A stretch of DNA of 64,000 nucleotides from the human T2T-CHM13v2.0 reference genome, Homo sapiens: NCBI RefSeq assembly GCF_009914755.1, contig NC_060934.1; one strand, given 5' to 3'. The position numbers were made by a program, and so were the translations under genes. Positions 44,523 to 58,935 of this stretch are shown in pieces; position 1 is the stretch's first letter; each line of letters begins with the position of its first letter. The notes under the pieces were generated by a model. That model searched no databases and was not told the DNA's origin. It saw only the letters and a list, made by a program, of their open reading frames with translations.

Positions 44523-45078
44523 GCCTAGTTCTGGAAGTCCAACAAACCAAGCAAACTCAGTGAATACAACTCATGTTGTGTTTAGACGCAGAAACATTTA
44601 GAAGCACATTTATTTAATTCAAATTTGTATATTGGTACATAAGGGAGACAGAAAATTGTAAAAGTACATAACTAAAAGCTGTTATGCATTTCTTTTTTAT
44701 TTTTTAGTTGTTTTTGAAGAACTTACATCCAAACAGACAAGAAAAGGATAAAAGCACCATTGGTTCATGGCAAGTTATTACATTTTAAGTGATTAACTGT
44801 AAGTGCACTTCATCTCCTGCACTAGTCATGTTTTTGACTTCCCCAAATTATGGAAAGTGTGACATGCTTCATTAACATAATACTTAACATTACAAATAGG
44901 AAAAGATGGGCTTCTTTAGCAAAACAATACAGTAAGAGGGCCCTTTTCTCAATGAATGATAGGCTAACACAACAGAGATCTTTCAGTTAAAGCAGAATCT
45001 TAAGTAAGGTACATAGCTAATGTAAGGTACATTTTAAGTAAGGTACCTTAGCTGTATACATTACTTAAGAATATCACA

Positions 45079-48000
45079 GAGGTGGCTGGCAAGATGGCAG
45101 CATAGGAACAGCTCCAGTCTGCAGCTCCCAGTGAGATCAACACAGAAGGTGGGTGATTTCTGCATTTCCAACTGAGATACCCAGCTCATCTCATTGGGAC
45201 TGGTTAGACAGTGGGTGCAGCCAACAGAGGGCCAGCCAAAGCAGGGTGGGGCGTTGCCTCACCTGGGAAGCGCAAGGGGTCAGGCAACTCCCTCCCCTAG
45301 CCAAAGGAAGCCATGAGGGACTGTGCCATGAGGACCAGTGCACTCCGGCCCCCATACTACACTTTTCCCACAGTCTTCGCAACCCGCAAACCAGGAGATT
45401 CCCTCAGGTGTCTCTGCCACCAGGGCCCTCACAGTGTAAACAAAGCCACCAGGAAGTTCAAACTGGGCAGAGCCCACCGCAGCTCAGCAAAGTCGCTGTA
45501 GCCAGACTACCTCTCTAGATTCCTCCTCTCTAGGCAGGGAATCTCTGAAAGAAAGGCAGCAGCGGCCAGGCACGGTGGCTCACACCTGTAATCCCAGCAC
45601 TTTGGGAGGCCAAGGCCAGCGGATCATGAGGTCAGCAGATCGAGACCATCCTGGCTAACACAGTGAAACCCTGTCTCTACTAAAAATACAAAAAATTAGC
45701 TGGGCGTGGTGGTGGGCGCCTGTAGTCCCAGCTACTTGGGAGGCTGAGGCAGGAGAATGGTGTGACATCTGGGAGGCGGAGCTTGCAGTGAGCCGAGATG
45801 CACCACTGCACTCCAGCCTGGGTGAGAGAGCAAGACTCTGTCTCAAAAAAAAAAAAAAAAGGGCAGCAGCCCCAGTCAGGGGCTTATAGGTAAAACTCCC
45901 ATCTGCCTGGGGCAGAGCACCTGGGGGAAGGGACGGCTGTCGGCGCAGCTTTGATAGACTTAAATGTTCCTGCCTGCCAACTCTGAAGAGAGAAGTGGAT
46001 CTCCCAGCACAGCACTCGAGCTCTGCTAAGGGACAGACTGCCTCCTCAAGTGGGTCCCTGACCCCCATGCCTCCTGACTGGGAGACACCTCCCAGCAGGG
46101 GTCAACAGACATTTCATATAGGAGAGCTCCGGCTGGCATCTGGCGGATGCCCTTCTGGGAGGAAGCTTCTAGAGGAAGGAACAGGCAGCAATCTTTGCTG
46201 TTCTGCAGCCTCTGCTGGTAATACCCAGGCAAACAGGATCTGGAGTGGACCTCCAGCAAACTCGAGCAGACCTGCAGCTGCGGAGACTGAACGTTAGAAG
46301 GAAAACTAACAAACAGAAAGGAATAGCGTCAACTTCAACAAAAAGGACGTCCACACAGAAACCTCATCTGAAGGTCACCAATATCAAGGACCAAAGGTAG
46401 ATAAATCCATGAAGATGAGGAAAAACCAGCGCAAAAAGGCTGAAAGTTCCAAAAACCAGAACACCTCTTCTCCTCCAAAGGATCACAACTCCTTGCCAGC
46501 AAGGGAACAAAACTGGACAGAGCATGAGTTTGACAAATTGACAGAAGTAGGCTTCAGAAGGTGGGTAATAACAAACTCCTTTGAGCTAAAGGAGCGTGTT
46601 CTAATCCAATGCAAGGAAGCTAAGAACCTTGAAAAAAGGTTAGAGGAATTGCTAACTAGAATAACCAGTTTAGAGAAGAACAGAAATGACCTGATGGATC
46701 TGAAAAACACAGCACAAGAACTTTGTGAAGCATACACAAGTATCAATAGCCGAATTGATCAAGCAGAAGAAAAGATATCAGAGATTGAAGATCAACTTAA
46801 TGAAATAAAGCATGAAGACAAGATTAGAGAAAAAAGAACGAAAAGGAACAAACAAACCCTCCAAGAAATATGGGACTATGTGAAAAGACCAAACCTACAT
46901 TTGATTGGTGTACCTGAAAGTGACAGGGAGAATGGAACCAAGTTGGAAAACACTCTTCAGGATATTATCCATGGAGAACTTCCCCAATCTAGCAAGGCAG
47001 GCCAATATTCAAATTCAGGAAATACAGAGAACGCCACAGAGATACTCCTCGAGAAGAGCAACTCCAAGACACATAATTGTCAGATTCACCAAAGTTGAAA
47101 TGAAGGAAAAAATGTTAAGGGCAGCCAGAGAGAAAGGTTGGGTTACCCACAAAGGGAAGCCCATCAGACTAACAGCTGATCTCTCAGCAGAAACTCTACA
47201 AACCAGAAGAGAGTGGAGGCCAATATTCAACATTCTTAAAGAAAAGAATTTTCAATCCAGAATTTCATATCCAGCCAAATTAAGCTTCATAAGTGAAGGA
47301 GAAATAAAATTCTTTACAGAGAAGCAAATGCTGAGAGATTTTGTCACCACTAGGCCTGCCTTACAAAAGCTTCTGAAGGAAGCACTAAACATGGAAGGGA
47401 GCAACCGGTACCAGCCACTGCAAAAACATGCCAAATTGTAAAGACCATCGATGCTATGAAGAAACTGCATCAACTAACAGGCAAAATAACCAGCTAACAT
47501 CACAAAGACAGGATCAAATTCACACATAACAATATTAACCTTAAATGTAAATGGGCTAAATGCTCCAATTAAAAGACACAGACTGGCAAATTGGAGGCAT
47601 CACACTACCTGACTTCAAACTATACTACAAGGCTACAGTAACCAAAACAGCATGGTACTGGTACCAAAACAGATATGTAGACCAGTGGAACAGAACAGAT
47701 GCCTCAGAAATAACACCACACATCTGCAACCATCTAATCTTTGACAAACCTGACAAAAACAAGCAATGGGGAAAGGATTCCCTATTTAATAAATGGTGTT
47801 GGTAAAACTGGCTAGCCATATACAGAAAACTGAAACTGGACCCCTTCCTTACACCTTATACAAAAATATACAAAAATTAACTCAAGATGGATTAAAGACT
47901 TAAATGTAAGACCTAAAACCATGAAAACTCTAGAAAGAAACCTAGGCAATACCATTCAGGACACAGGCATGGGCAAGGACTTCATGTCTAAAACACCAAA

Positions 48001-49026
48001 AGCAATGGCAACAAAAGCCAAAATTGACAAATGGGATCTAATTAAACTAAAGAGCTTCTGCACAGCAAAAGAAACTATCATCAGAGTGAACAGGCAACCT
48101 ACAGAATGAGAGAAAAATTTTGCGCTCTATCCATCTGACAAAGGGCTAATATCCAGAATCTACAAAGAACTCAAACAAATTTACAAGAAAAAAACAACTC
48201 CATCAAAAAGTGGGCAAAGGATGTAAACAGACACTTTTCAAAAAAAGACATTTATGCAGCCAACAAACAGATGAAAAAAAGCTCATCATCACTGGTCATT
48301 AGAGAAATGCAAATCAAAACCACAATGAGATACCATCTCAAGCCAGTTAGAATGGCGATCATTAAAAAGTCAGGAAACATCAGATGCTGGAGAGGATGTG
48401 CAGAAATAGGAACGCTTTTACACTGTTGGTGGGAGTGTAAATTAGTTCAACCATTGTGGAAGACAGTGTGGTGATTCCTCAAGGATCTAGAACCAGAAAT
48501 ACCATTTAACCCAGCAATCCCATTATTGGGTGTATACTCAAAGGATTATAAATCATTCTACTATAAATACATGTGCACACATATGCTTATTGTAGCACTG
48601 TTCACAATAGCAAAGAGTTGGAACCGACCCAAATGCTCATCAATGATAGACTGGATAAAGAAAATGTGGCACATACACCATGGAATACTATGTGGCCATA
48701 AAAAAGGAACAGTTCACGTCCTTTGCAGGGACTTGAGTGAAACTGGAAACCATCATTCTCAGCAAACTAACACAGGAACAGAAAACCAAACACCACATGT
48801 TCTCACTTGTAAGTGGGAGTTGAACAGTGAGAACACATAGACACAGGGAGGGGAACATCACACACCAGGGCCTGTTTGGGGATGGGGGTGCTAGGAGAGG
48901 GATAGCATTAGGAGAAATTCCTAATGTAATGATGGGTTGATGGGTGTGGCCAGTGTATACCTATGTAACAAACCTGCACATTCTGCACATGTATCTCAGA
49001 ACTTAAAGTATAATTAAAAAAAAGTA
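45079..49026 (+). mobile_element. L1PA7/8-like element with both ends present but internal deletions
   Basis: 5'UTR start ggtggctggcaagatggc; frameshifted ORF1 (46409-47441); ORF2 start fused to the ORF2 C-terminal part at 47592-47595; 3'UTR and A tail. TSD core aatatcaca at 45070-45078 and 49027-49035. Confidence 0.93.
45564..45860 (+). mobile_element. AluY inserted in the L1 5'UTR
   Basis: Full-length Alu. TSD ending ggcagcagc at 45555-45563 and 45862-45870. Confidence 0.92.
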
Positions 49027-49040
49027 AATATCACAAATAA

Positions 49041-49650
<610 letters not shown>

Positions 49651-49851
49651 TATTACAAATAGTTCCTTTTTTAAGTTCATTAAGCATAAATTTAGCTGCC
49701 TTACAGCACAGCATCTGAATAAACTGAAGTACTTTTTAGGTCAAGTGATTTTGTTTATAATTTGGCTTTAGTAAAAGCTAATGAAAGGAATTCATTTCTT
49801 AAAGTGAAACTCATATTTCTGATTTTTACATTTCCTTTCTCAGAGAAGGAA

Positions 49852-50268
49852 TGCAATGGTTTGAATGTTTATCCCCTCTAAAACTGATGTTGGAACTTAA
49901 TCCCCAATGTTGCAGTATTGAGAGGAGGGACTTTTAAGAGGTGATTAGGTCATGCGGGCTTTGCGCTCATGAATGGATTAATCCATTTATGGATTAATGG
50001 ATTAATGGGTTATTTTGGGAGTGGGACTGTTAGCTTTATAAGAAGAAGAAGAGAAGACTTGAACTAGCAAGCTCAGCCCCCTCACCATGTGATGCCCTGC
50101 ACTGGTGCAGGACTCTGCAGAAAGTCCCTACCAGCAACAAGGTCCTCATGAGATGCTGTCCTCAACCTTGTACTTCTTAGCCTCCGTATCTGTAAGAAAT
50201 AGCCTCTCTTTCTGTATAAGTTACCCAGTGTCAGGTATTCTGTTATAAGCAACAGAAAACAGATGAAG
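49852..50268 (+). mobile_element. MaLR solo LTR (MST-like)
   Basis: tgcaatggtttgaatgt...ttaatccccaatg...tcaggtattctgttataagcaacagaaaac. Confidence 0.85.
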
Positions 50269-50287
50269 AGCTTATTTATTTTGTTTC

Positions 50288-50728
50288 TGTTAAATTAAGT
50301 TTAGCCTAAAGCTGCTTTCTTACATATTTTTAAGTTTGGCCTAAAGGTTTCTCCATTCATAATGAACTGTAATCTCATTGCATGTATAAACAGACTGTAA
50401 CCCACTTGTGTAACAAGTAGCCCAGTCTCAGGCAATCCCAGCAGGCATACTTCAACCACTCCTAGGTGGACAGCCATTCAAACTGTGTTCAAATAAGGCA
50501 AATGGTCAACCGTTAACCAATCCAGCTGTTTCTGTAACTCATTTTTATTTTCTGCATGTCACTTTCCTTTTTCTGTCCATAAATCCTCTTCAACCACTCA
50601 GCAGCACCAGCGCTGCTCTGAACCTATTCTGGTTTGGGGAAGAGAGTGGTGGGAGTCTGCCCAATTTGTGAATCATTGCTCAATTAAACTCTGTTAAATG
50701 TAATTTGTCTAAAGTTTTTCATTTATCA
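50288..50728 (+). mobile_element. Solo ERV1 LTR (MER57-like)
   Basis: Starts tgttaaattaagtttagcctaaagctg, TG...CA ends. TSD tttc at 50284-50287 and 50729-50732. Confidence 0.82.
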
Positions 50729-51959
50729 TTTCCATACAGGTAAAACCAAACTGTAATTGAAGTGTATCCCCAGAAAGCTATGGGACCTCTTATAACTAAT
50801 GATAGTCACCCCAGTCACCCCAGGATTTTATCGGCTTATCAATTTGTACAACATAGATAATAAATTAATGATAAAGTATAATTCATGTAATGATTCTATT
50901 TGACTTCACTAGAAACCATATTTATTTGCCAATTCATTTTCGAGGTGACAGTTGGTTAAGTCACATTCATATTGTCTGTCAGCTCATAACTATAAATTTT
51001 ATAAATTAATTGGCAGACATACTCTGTATATGGTTCCAAAATATGGCTTTTGCTTAATAATTTGTAGAAGACTATTTAGAATGTATAAGGAGCCGGTAAA
51101 TATATTTGGATAAAAGGGCTTTCTTAAAAAAAAAAATCTAATCTCATTTTCTCCAATGCACTTTCTTCAGTGCTGCCAGAGTGATCCTCTAATGTAGAAA
51201 TCCAATTATGTCATTCAATGGTTACCTTTTGTCTGTGTTAAGTATTTACTCTAATATAAACAAAAATTTCTTTGATTTTTGCCCCATCTTATACTCTAGC
51301 CTTATTTCCTACCATTTTTCCTACCTTTTCCTAACCAAATCATTCTGCTGCATTGCCTTTAACACTCCATTGTCTTTGAAAGCTTGAGAATATTTATAAA
51401 AAAATAATATTTAAAAGATAGCTTTATATGTTAGGATAACCAGCTACGGGTATATTTACTCTCTGAAATGAAAAATGTAAAAATAATAAGGTGATCTCAA
51501 CTCATGTCTAGTGATTTGTAATGGGAGTCAGTTACTAGGGATAGTAGTCAAAACTTTGGTGATTATAATCAGGGACATGAGCTCCAGCCACAGAATGTAC
51601 AGCAAAGAGCCAAGGGCTGAGATTTTGGGAATGCCCACTATTGAATTGTAGAAGAAAAATAATGTTGTGTAAGTTAGAGTTCTTGGCTGAAAATAGCCAA
51701 GACTAGCTTGATTTTAAACAAAAAACAAAAAACACCCACTACAACATATCAGAAAGATTTTAAGTGACTCAATCAGTGTTAAAGTTTGAGGAGCTAGATT
51801 GGGAAGAAAACAAAGGATGAAGCATAGCTATAATTCTGCACAGGACTAGTTACTATGGGTACGACCACTAGTGGCATTGTCAGTGGATACTCAGCCTTTC
51901 TCATTGACCCTTCTGCCACTAGAAACTCCTTCTATGCCTCTGGAATCTTAATAATTAAA

Positions 51960-53000
51960 ATGGTGGGGTGATATTTCTGATCCATGGGGGGAAAGATGGA
52001 TTATTCAATAAATGATGTTGGGATTACTGGATAGCCATCTAGAGAAAAAAAATTTAATTGAAATTGATAAATGAATTTCTATTCCATACTATAAATTCCA
52101 TACAGATAGTTTCAGACATTTAGTGAAACCATACAAGCACAAGGAAAACATGAATATACATCTAAAAATATATATGCTTAGAATGCAGAAGATGCTTAGT
52201 TATGACACAAAACTCTAAAGCCATAACAAGAAAGATTGATAAATTTGATTGCAGTAAAATAATTAAAGCACAAAAAAAGATCCCTAAAATTTAAAGTAAA
52301 ATGAAACAATGTATCTGTTTGGTGACATCATCACACAAAAAAGAAGTATTCCAAGTGATTTGAAAACACAGCAATTATACTGTACATCCCTAGTGACATG
52401 TACCCTACAGAAAAAGATCTGAAAAAAGAAACTTTAAAAACTGTTTCCAGTAATAATTATTGGCGGTTATGTTGATGGTGTTATTTTGAGTCTGTTATGT
52501 GTGTATTGTGGGATTTTATAAAACAAGCAAATAAGTAGTATCCTAATTCTGTCATTCCTGCTCCGTTTGAGAACCAGTCATGGGAGAAAGGAAATATAAA
52601 TACAAGATGGTGTTAAATTAAAATCCTATAGTACTGAATTTGAATTAGAAGTATTGGTGGAACTCATGATGAGTTTTCTACTTAAAAATAAAACAATGAA
52701 ATGCCTACTTCTATCAAATGAAAAAGCTTAGAGACAAAGATCAACCCAATAGGAATTAGCATCCTTATTGCCCAGATGATGGTATTGAAATGCTATTTTC
52801 TGCCAAAAACAACCAGGAATTTTTGAAGAAATGGTTGATTCCAGGTCTAGACAGGGCAGATAACAAGGATATATACATAGAACATTCTAGATGGATACAG
52901 ATAAACTGACAGTGATGATGAATGTTTGTAGAGAGGAGAATTGAGGGCTGGGTGTTGAAGTAAGTAGTATACTTTTCACATTACACTCCTTTGCCTTTTT
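51960..53000 (+). mobile_element. Old L1M (MC/ME-like) fragments
   Basis: ttattcaataaatgatgttgggattactggatagccatct and aagattgataaatttgat L1 ORF2 remnants; boundaries approximate. Confidence 0.6.
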
Positions 53001-53439
53001 AAATATTATGCATTGTCTTCAGAATGATAAAACAAAATCATTAAAAATTATGTGGAAAGTTAAATTCTTGCTCATTGTTATAGTCTGTGCCTGAAAGAGC
53101 ATATTACTTGGGGATGGAGTTGACAGGATTTACCCATATAATGTGATGGCAAAACATTGTACTGTCATATGTATTTTTTAAATGATAGTTATTAACTTCT
53201 ACATTGAATCTACAGAAAAGGTCATTGCCTTCTAATGGGTTATCACCTGAGTAGTAAAAGAAAAACATGCAGTTTGGTAGTTCAGAGTCAACTGAAACAT
53301 TTGGATAATTCATTATGAGACTTTATGAATCAAATGAATAATAACTAAAATTTATTTTACCAGATCATCAAGTGGTATTTTTAGAAACATAGAAGTAATG
53401 TCCTATTTCTGAAGTCAGGGAGTAGACTGGTTCCTTTAC

Positions 53440-54760
53440 TTAAGCATTCATTTATTCAGTAAATATTTGCTATTTTTGACACAATGGAAATAATTGCGAC
53501 AAGACGGCCATGACCCCTGTATTCATATGTATCTTACACTCTGGTGGGAAAAACAGATAACGATATAAATAAATAGATAAAAACACCTAGAAATTATGGA
53601 ACTGCTGTAAATGAAATAAATAAGGAATTTATGGAGAATGTCAGTAGTAATGGGACAAATTTACTAGAATATGTGAATATTCTAGAAGGCTTCTCTAAGT
53701 AGTAATAGTTAAGCTGAGGCTAAAGGGTGGAAGGAGTAGCTTTTTAAAAACTAGAGGTAAAGCATTATAAGACAGACAACCAGCCTTCATAGAAAAAAAA
53801 AAACAGATTTTTGAAGGATTTTTAAAAGATCAGTTAATCTGTATTAGTTGGTGAAGTCCAAAATTTATGGTTGCAGCATCTGGGCATTACGTTGATGCCA
53901 TTTACTGAAGTACAGAAATACTAGGTTAGAGGAAAAGATTGGAAAGGAAAATCAAGAGTTCTATTTTAGATATTTTAAATTTGAAATATCTGTGAGACAT
54001 CCAAGTAGGGGTGTTGAACACATTTCAAATTATGAAATATAAAATTGGAAGTTGTCAGCAAAAAAGATCATAGATTACTTATAGGGAAGAGAGAGGAATT
54101 TACAGTACATTAGCCACAAGGATCATATGGCTATTTAATTAAAATTACATAAAGTTTAAAATTTAGTTCTTAGTCACGCTACCTATTTTCAAGTGCTCAG
54201 TAGATTCATGTGGCTAGTGGCACTCACACTGAATTTCAGCACTTGTGAGAAACATTATTGTACAAAGTTCAGTGCTTGTTTAGAAAGACAGCACTGGTCA
54301 GGAAAGAGGTTATTGATCTAGATCCTGTTCAGTTTCTTTGTAACTCTTGGCTTCAAAGATAAGAACATTCCTTTCTTTTGGATATCGGGAGGATCCTCTG
54401 GAATAAGAGTCTTATGACCTACTTCAGAGGAAAATTAGAGCATTTTTTCATGGACTGCTTCAGGGGAGTAAGGTGGGAGAAGATCAATGTGACCTTCTTA
54501 CTTCTGCTATTTCTTCCAGTGTCAAGGTGCCATACTTTAGGTAGCATGTTCTAAACCTCATCGGGGGTAAAGGCAGAGGAGAGCTGGAAAGTATCCATTG
54601 GATTTGCCACTATGCACTTTATTGGTGATGGAGTGGTAGAGGTAGAAACTAGATTTGACTGGGTTTAAGAGTGTGTAGTAAGTGAAGAAATGGAGATAGC
54701 CTTTGGCAGGTCTTTGGAGAAGCTTGGTTATGAAGGGAAGCAAAGAAATGGATTTTCTGA
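53440..54760. mobile_element. L2 remnant interrupted by a MER3/MER33-like piece (about 54100-54260) and a MER31-like LTR fragment (about 54330-54561)
   Basis: L2 end cattcatttattcagtaaatatt; tttcaagtgctcagtag..catgtggctagtggc; agtcttatgacctacttcag..gccatactttagg, similar to the LTR at 33185. Confidence 0.55.
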
Positions 54761-56111
54761 AGGGATATAGAAGTAAGGGCTTTATAAATTTACATATGTA
54801 TGCATGCTTATATATGTTGCTAAATTGTAAGCTTGAAAGCGCAAACTATAGTCTCATTGATTCATCTTTGAATCTTCTGGCACTTAGACATTCAACAATA
54901 ATGCATGTCTGTTGAACAAGTCAGTCATACTTCTAACTATCTGAGAAAATAGTTTGTAATACTTTACTTTACTATTCTTGGAGTGAGATACTAATCCCCC
55001 AAACTTATATTTTCACATATGGAGATCACTGATTTGCCTTTTGATAACCTTGAGGTGTTAAGTGATAGTATACTAGACTACCTTTTACAAAAACATGTTA
55101 TGTCCTGTATTTATTTTGCAGTAGAGACACTTTTTAGTCTTCAAGTGTAAAGGGAATTTGAAGTGGAGAAAAATGGTCTGATCTTTATATTTAAGAAGAT
55201 AGACTTCAATGTGCTGATCAATTTTTTAAGCAGTGATATGAATACAAATAGAGCCTCAATTTTAGAGAAAACATTACTATGCAATAGATCCTCTAGTGTT
55301 TAAAAGCGTATTTGATAAAAATGGGAATAAAATAAAATGACTAATTTGTCAATAACTATTATGTATATATTTTTAAGATGCAAATTTTTGAATTTCTAGT
55401 GCAGAAAAAATATACCTCTTGCTCATTTTTCTCTATAATATACAATTATAGTATTGTATTTCAAATAAAGATTTGTACTTGAAATGTTTTAGCTGCTTCT
55501 CTGTATTCTGATATCTCTAATATTCATATATTACCACTGTATATTGCATTTTTATATTTTTGCATAAATTTATTGTGTTTCACAATGAAAGGGCAAGTGT
55601 GAAGAAAATATATAAAATATATTCCATAATAAATTATATTTTATAAATTATTGCTCAATTCTAAAACTCAAATTTGGATAACTTTAATGTATTTATGATG
55701 ATTCATAACCAAATATAAGGAAAACTGAATGCAGATTACTTCCTACTAAGTAGATGTAATAGCCTTCTCTCAATCTTACCTTCTTTTTTGAGAAACAGTT
55801 CTTTTTAAGGATGCTTACCAGAAAAAAACACTTTGTCTTTCATATCCAGGGATTCAGGTATGCTGCCAGCATACACCTTGGACTAAGATCAGACTTTTAT
55901 ACTCTATTCATTCATTGCTACTTTCCAGTTGACCGTCCAAAGAAAAATTTCTAACGTTAATAATATACGTATACTTGACATCAGACCCAAAGTTGCCAGT
56001 GGCATTGCTCGGAGTCATCCAAGTCCCTGAGCTAAGGATTTGGGGGTTCTAACTAGCTGTTTTTGGTTTTGAACATTTTGGGCCTGGATAATTATATTTT
56101 CTTCTTATAGA

Positions 56112-56825
56112 CAGGGCTGGATCCAGGTTGTATAGTACCTGAAGTTTATACAACTTTGGATGCTATATTTGGGAAAAACAATACAAACTTATGGATACAA
56201 AATGAAGTACTAGGAACAAGTGCAAGTGATGGGTCCTCGAAGCTTAAGCTTCATTATCTTCCTGATCAATTCACTCGTCCTGTTGTAAAAGATATCATTC
56301 TCCTCATTTATAAGGTGAATTACTTGAGAACAAATAAATTTTACTAATTTAAGTAATCTCTTTAGATCATAGAGCTCCAAAAGTGGGAGAGATATTTGAT
56401 CCCAAAACCCTGTCAGATTCTAAAGTCTGTACAATGTAGAATGATAGGGTAGAATAGAAGAATCTGTGGCCTTTACATGTACTGATAGAGTGCCATAAGA
56501 GTTCTGAGAGAAGAGCTATCTGTAGACCCCATAGTCATCAGGAAAGGCATTTGGGAGGTTGGGCTTGAGATTACCTTCAAAGAATAGGTTAAAATAGGGC
56601 TGGATTCATATATTCATTTAAAAAACATTTTTCAGTGATCTTGGTCTGATATAGTTTGAGGGACTCTCTTTAGAAAAAAGAATACATAATTATAAATATT
56701 GAGTGATCTTGGTCTGATATAGTTTGAGGGACTCTCTTTAGAAAAAAGAATACATAATTATAAATAAAAAATTATGTGTTGGGCCCTGAATATTAAGCTT
56801 CATTAATCTCATGATAACCCACCTC
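56112..56825. mobile_element. Two related old hAT-Tip100-like MITE remnants (about 56112-56280 and 56596-56825)
   Basis: Both begin agggctggat and contain aatac..aa and ttaagcttcatta; family assignment tentative. Confidence 0.4.
56634..56766. repeat. Perfect 65-bp tandem duplication (68-bp period)
   Basis: 56634-56698 is identical to 56702-56766. Confidence 0.95.
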
Positions 56826-56874
56826 ATATTACAATGTAGCAGTATGGATTTTATGTGCACAATTTATTCTTTTT

Positions 56875-56992
56875 TATTTTTATTTTATTTTATTTATTTT
56901 TTTCGAGACTGAGTCCCACTCTGTTACCCAGGCTGGAGAGCAGTGGCACAATCTCGGCTCACTGCAACCTCTGCCTCCTGGGTTTAAGCGTA
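56875..56992 (-). mobile_element. Severely 5'-truncated Alu (about 90 bp plus tail)
   Basis: TSD cacaatttattcttttt at 56858-56874 and 56993-57009. Confidence 0.9.
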
Positions 56993-58679
56993 CACAATTT
57001 ATTCTTTTTGGAGAGATGTGGAATCTGTCCTCAGCATATTATATGTTTGCTTTGAAATTAGCTGATGTTGGCCACACACAGAAAAATAATATTCTAGGTA
57101 TTTTGAGAGACTTTTTGATGCCTCATAATCATATTTGGATTGTCCTGCATATATTCCTAAAAATAAGAAAGTGCTATTTAAGTGATTAAGTAGGAAGCCA
57201 AAGAAGTAGAGTTAGGAATAAATTGCTGTAGTGTTTCTGCACATGGAAGATATTCTTTACGTAGTTTGATATTTATATTCTGTGATATGGTATATAAAAA
57301 TGAAGTACCCATCAATAAGTTTCCTATAATAAAAGTGTCTGTAGTTACTCAGGTAGGAATAAATAAATTAAAATGAGGTTCACTGACTAGTCTCTATTTG
57401 CAGAGTTCATGAAGCTGCTTTATTTCATACCCAAAATTGTTGTATCAATAATAGCTTTTGTAAGTCACAACATTATGCTAATTGGATATATTTGTTGATA
57501 AAGTAAGAATTTATTTTTATTTTGATATGAATAGTGATCACTTTTTGCAGAAAGAAGTTTTAGACTTGATAATTGATGTTATTTTATTTTATGCAAGTAC
57601 CTTTATATATGTCAATTACATGAATTTGCTTGTAGATGGAAAAATTTTCAAGATTACTCAGTACATTAGGTGAACAAGGATCATTATTAGAGAGAGAAAA
57701 AGGGAACAACTTTGAGTTGACATCAGTAAGGACAGATATAATTTTCCCTAAGGCAGGTTTAGAATCATGTAGTAATTTCACTTCAAATGTATAATTTCCT
57801 CAGAGTTTCTAGTTAACTACATGGTATTAAACACAAAATACAGGTCCCTACTGAAGTCATGTAAAAATAACAAAGGGACAGGTACATGAAAAAGCAGACA
57901 AATAGAATTATGCAAACAACTTGTATTTGTTCTATAATAGTAAAGGAGCAGCAAAACCAGTTCAGACCCTAAGTTCAATGTAGCTTCTGTCTCCTTTCAC
58001 ACCATTTATTGTGCTGAATTGCTAATAACAAAGTGAATAGGTATGCCCCTTTTCCTGTTTTATTTTTATTTACTCCTGGGTGTCTTTGTTGAGGATTTAA
58101 TACTATAAAATGATAAAAAGATAGGCATAGTCAACTATTAAATAAATTAAAGTTGATCCATTCTGTTTTTTATCCTTTAAGTTTTTTCAAATCAAGAAAA
58201 ACAAAACACCATGAAAAAGAATGGGAGGTATTGACAAGTTCCCTCAATTTAAAAAGTTGGCAGTTGAGTTAAAGAGAAGCTGAGTGACACAGGTAAGCCT
58301 GTGTTACATGTCGGTGAGACATATTGGACCAGAAACCAAGCTTCTCTATTCCTACTCCACTAAACCTTGGTGTCTCATTTTGTCTTCTTGCAGGGAAATA
58401 TTACCAGAAAATAATTCTTGAATGTAAATATATATTTAATTTAATCATGAGGTAATGGAAAATACTGCTAACTAATAATAATAAATTCAAGAAGCTTAAG
58501 AAAATTGCACTTGAGAAAAAAGGTGCTAGCCTTAAGTTTTCCTACATTTGGAATTGGAAGTGACTTTAGGGAAAATCTAATGCAGAGCAGTTCTATTATT
58601 TTACAAATACAGAACAATGAAGATTAGTTAAGTGATTTGCCCCCAAACAATACAAATAGTTCTAGAGCAACTATGGTAA

Positions 58680-58935
58680 GGCAGGTGTAGTACAGTGGTT
58701 AGGAACCTGTACTTGAATGCCAGGCCTCTTAGAATAAAATCTTCTCTTTTACATCAGTTATTTGACATTGGGCAAGTCATATAACCTCTTTGTACCTCAT
58801 TTTCTTATCTGTTAAAATGGGGATGGTAGTAATTAGTAATTGATAAATATGATAACTAAAAAATTAAAAATTATTGTAAAACACTCAAATTACTGTCTAG
58901 CTGGCATAAATAAGTGCTTAATAAATGTTCCTATT
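58680..58935 (+). mobile_element. MIR
   Basis: gtgtagtacagtggttagga ... gacattgggcaagtca..taacctctttgtacctcattttcttatctg. Confidence 0.75.

Noticed and set aside
46409-47805. Functional ORF1 or a novel ORF2 fusion protein from the deleted L1
   Set aside because: ORF1 is frameshifted, the ORF2 ATG is mutated, the deletion junction is out of frame and stops follow.
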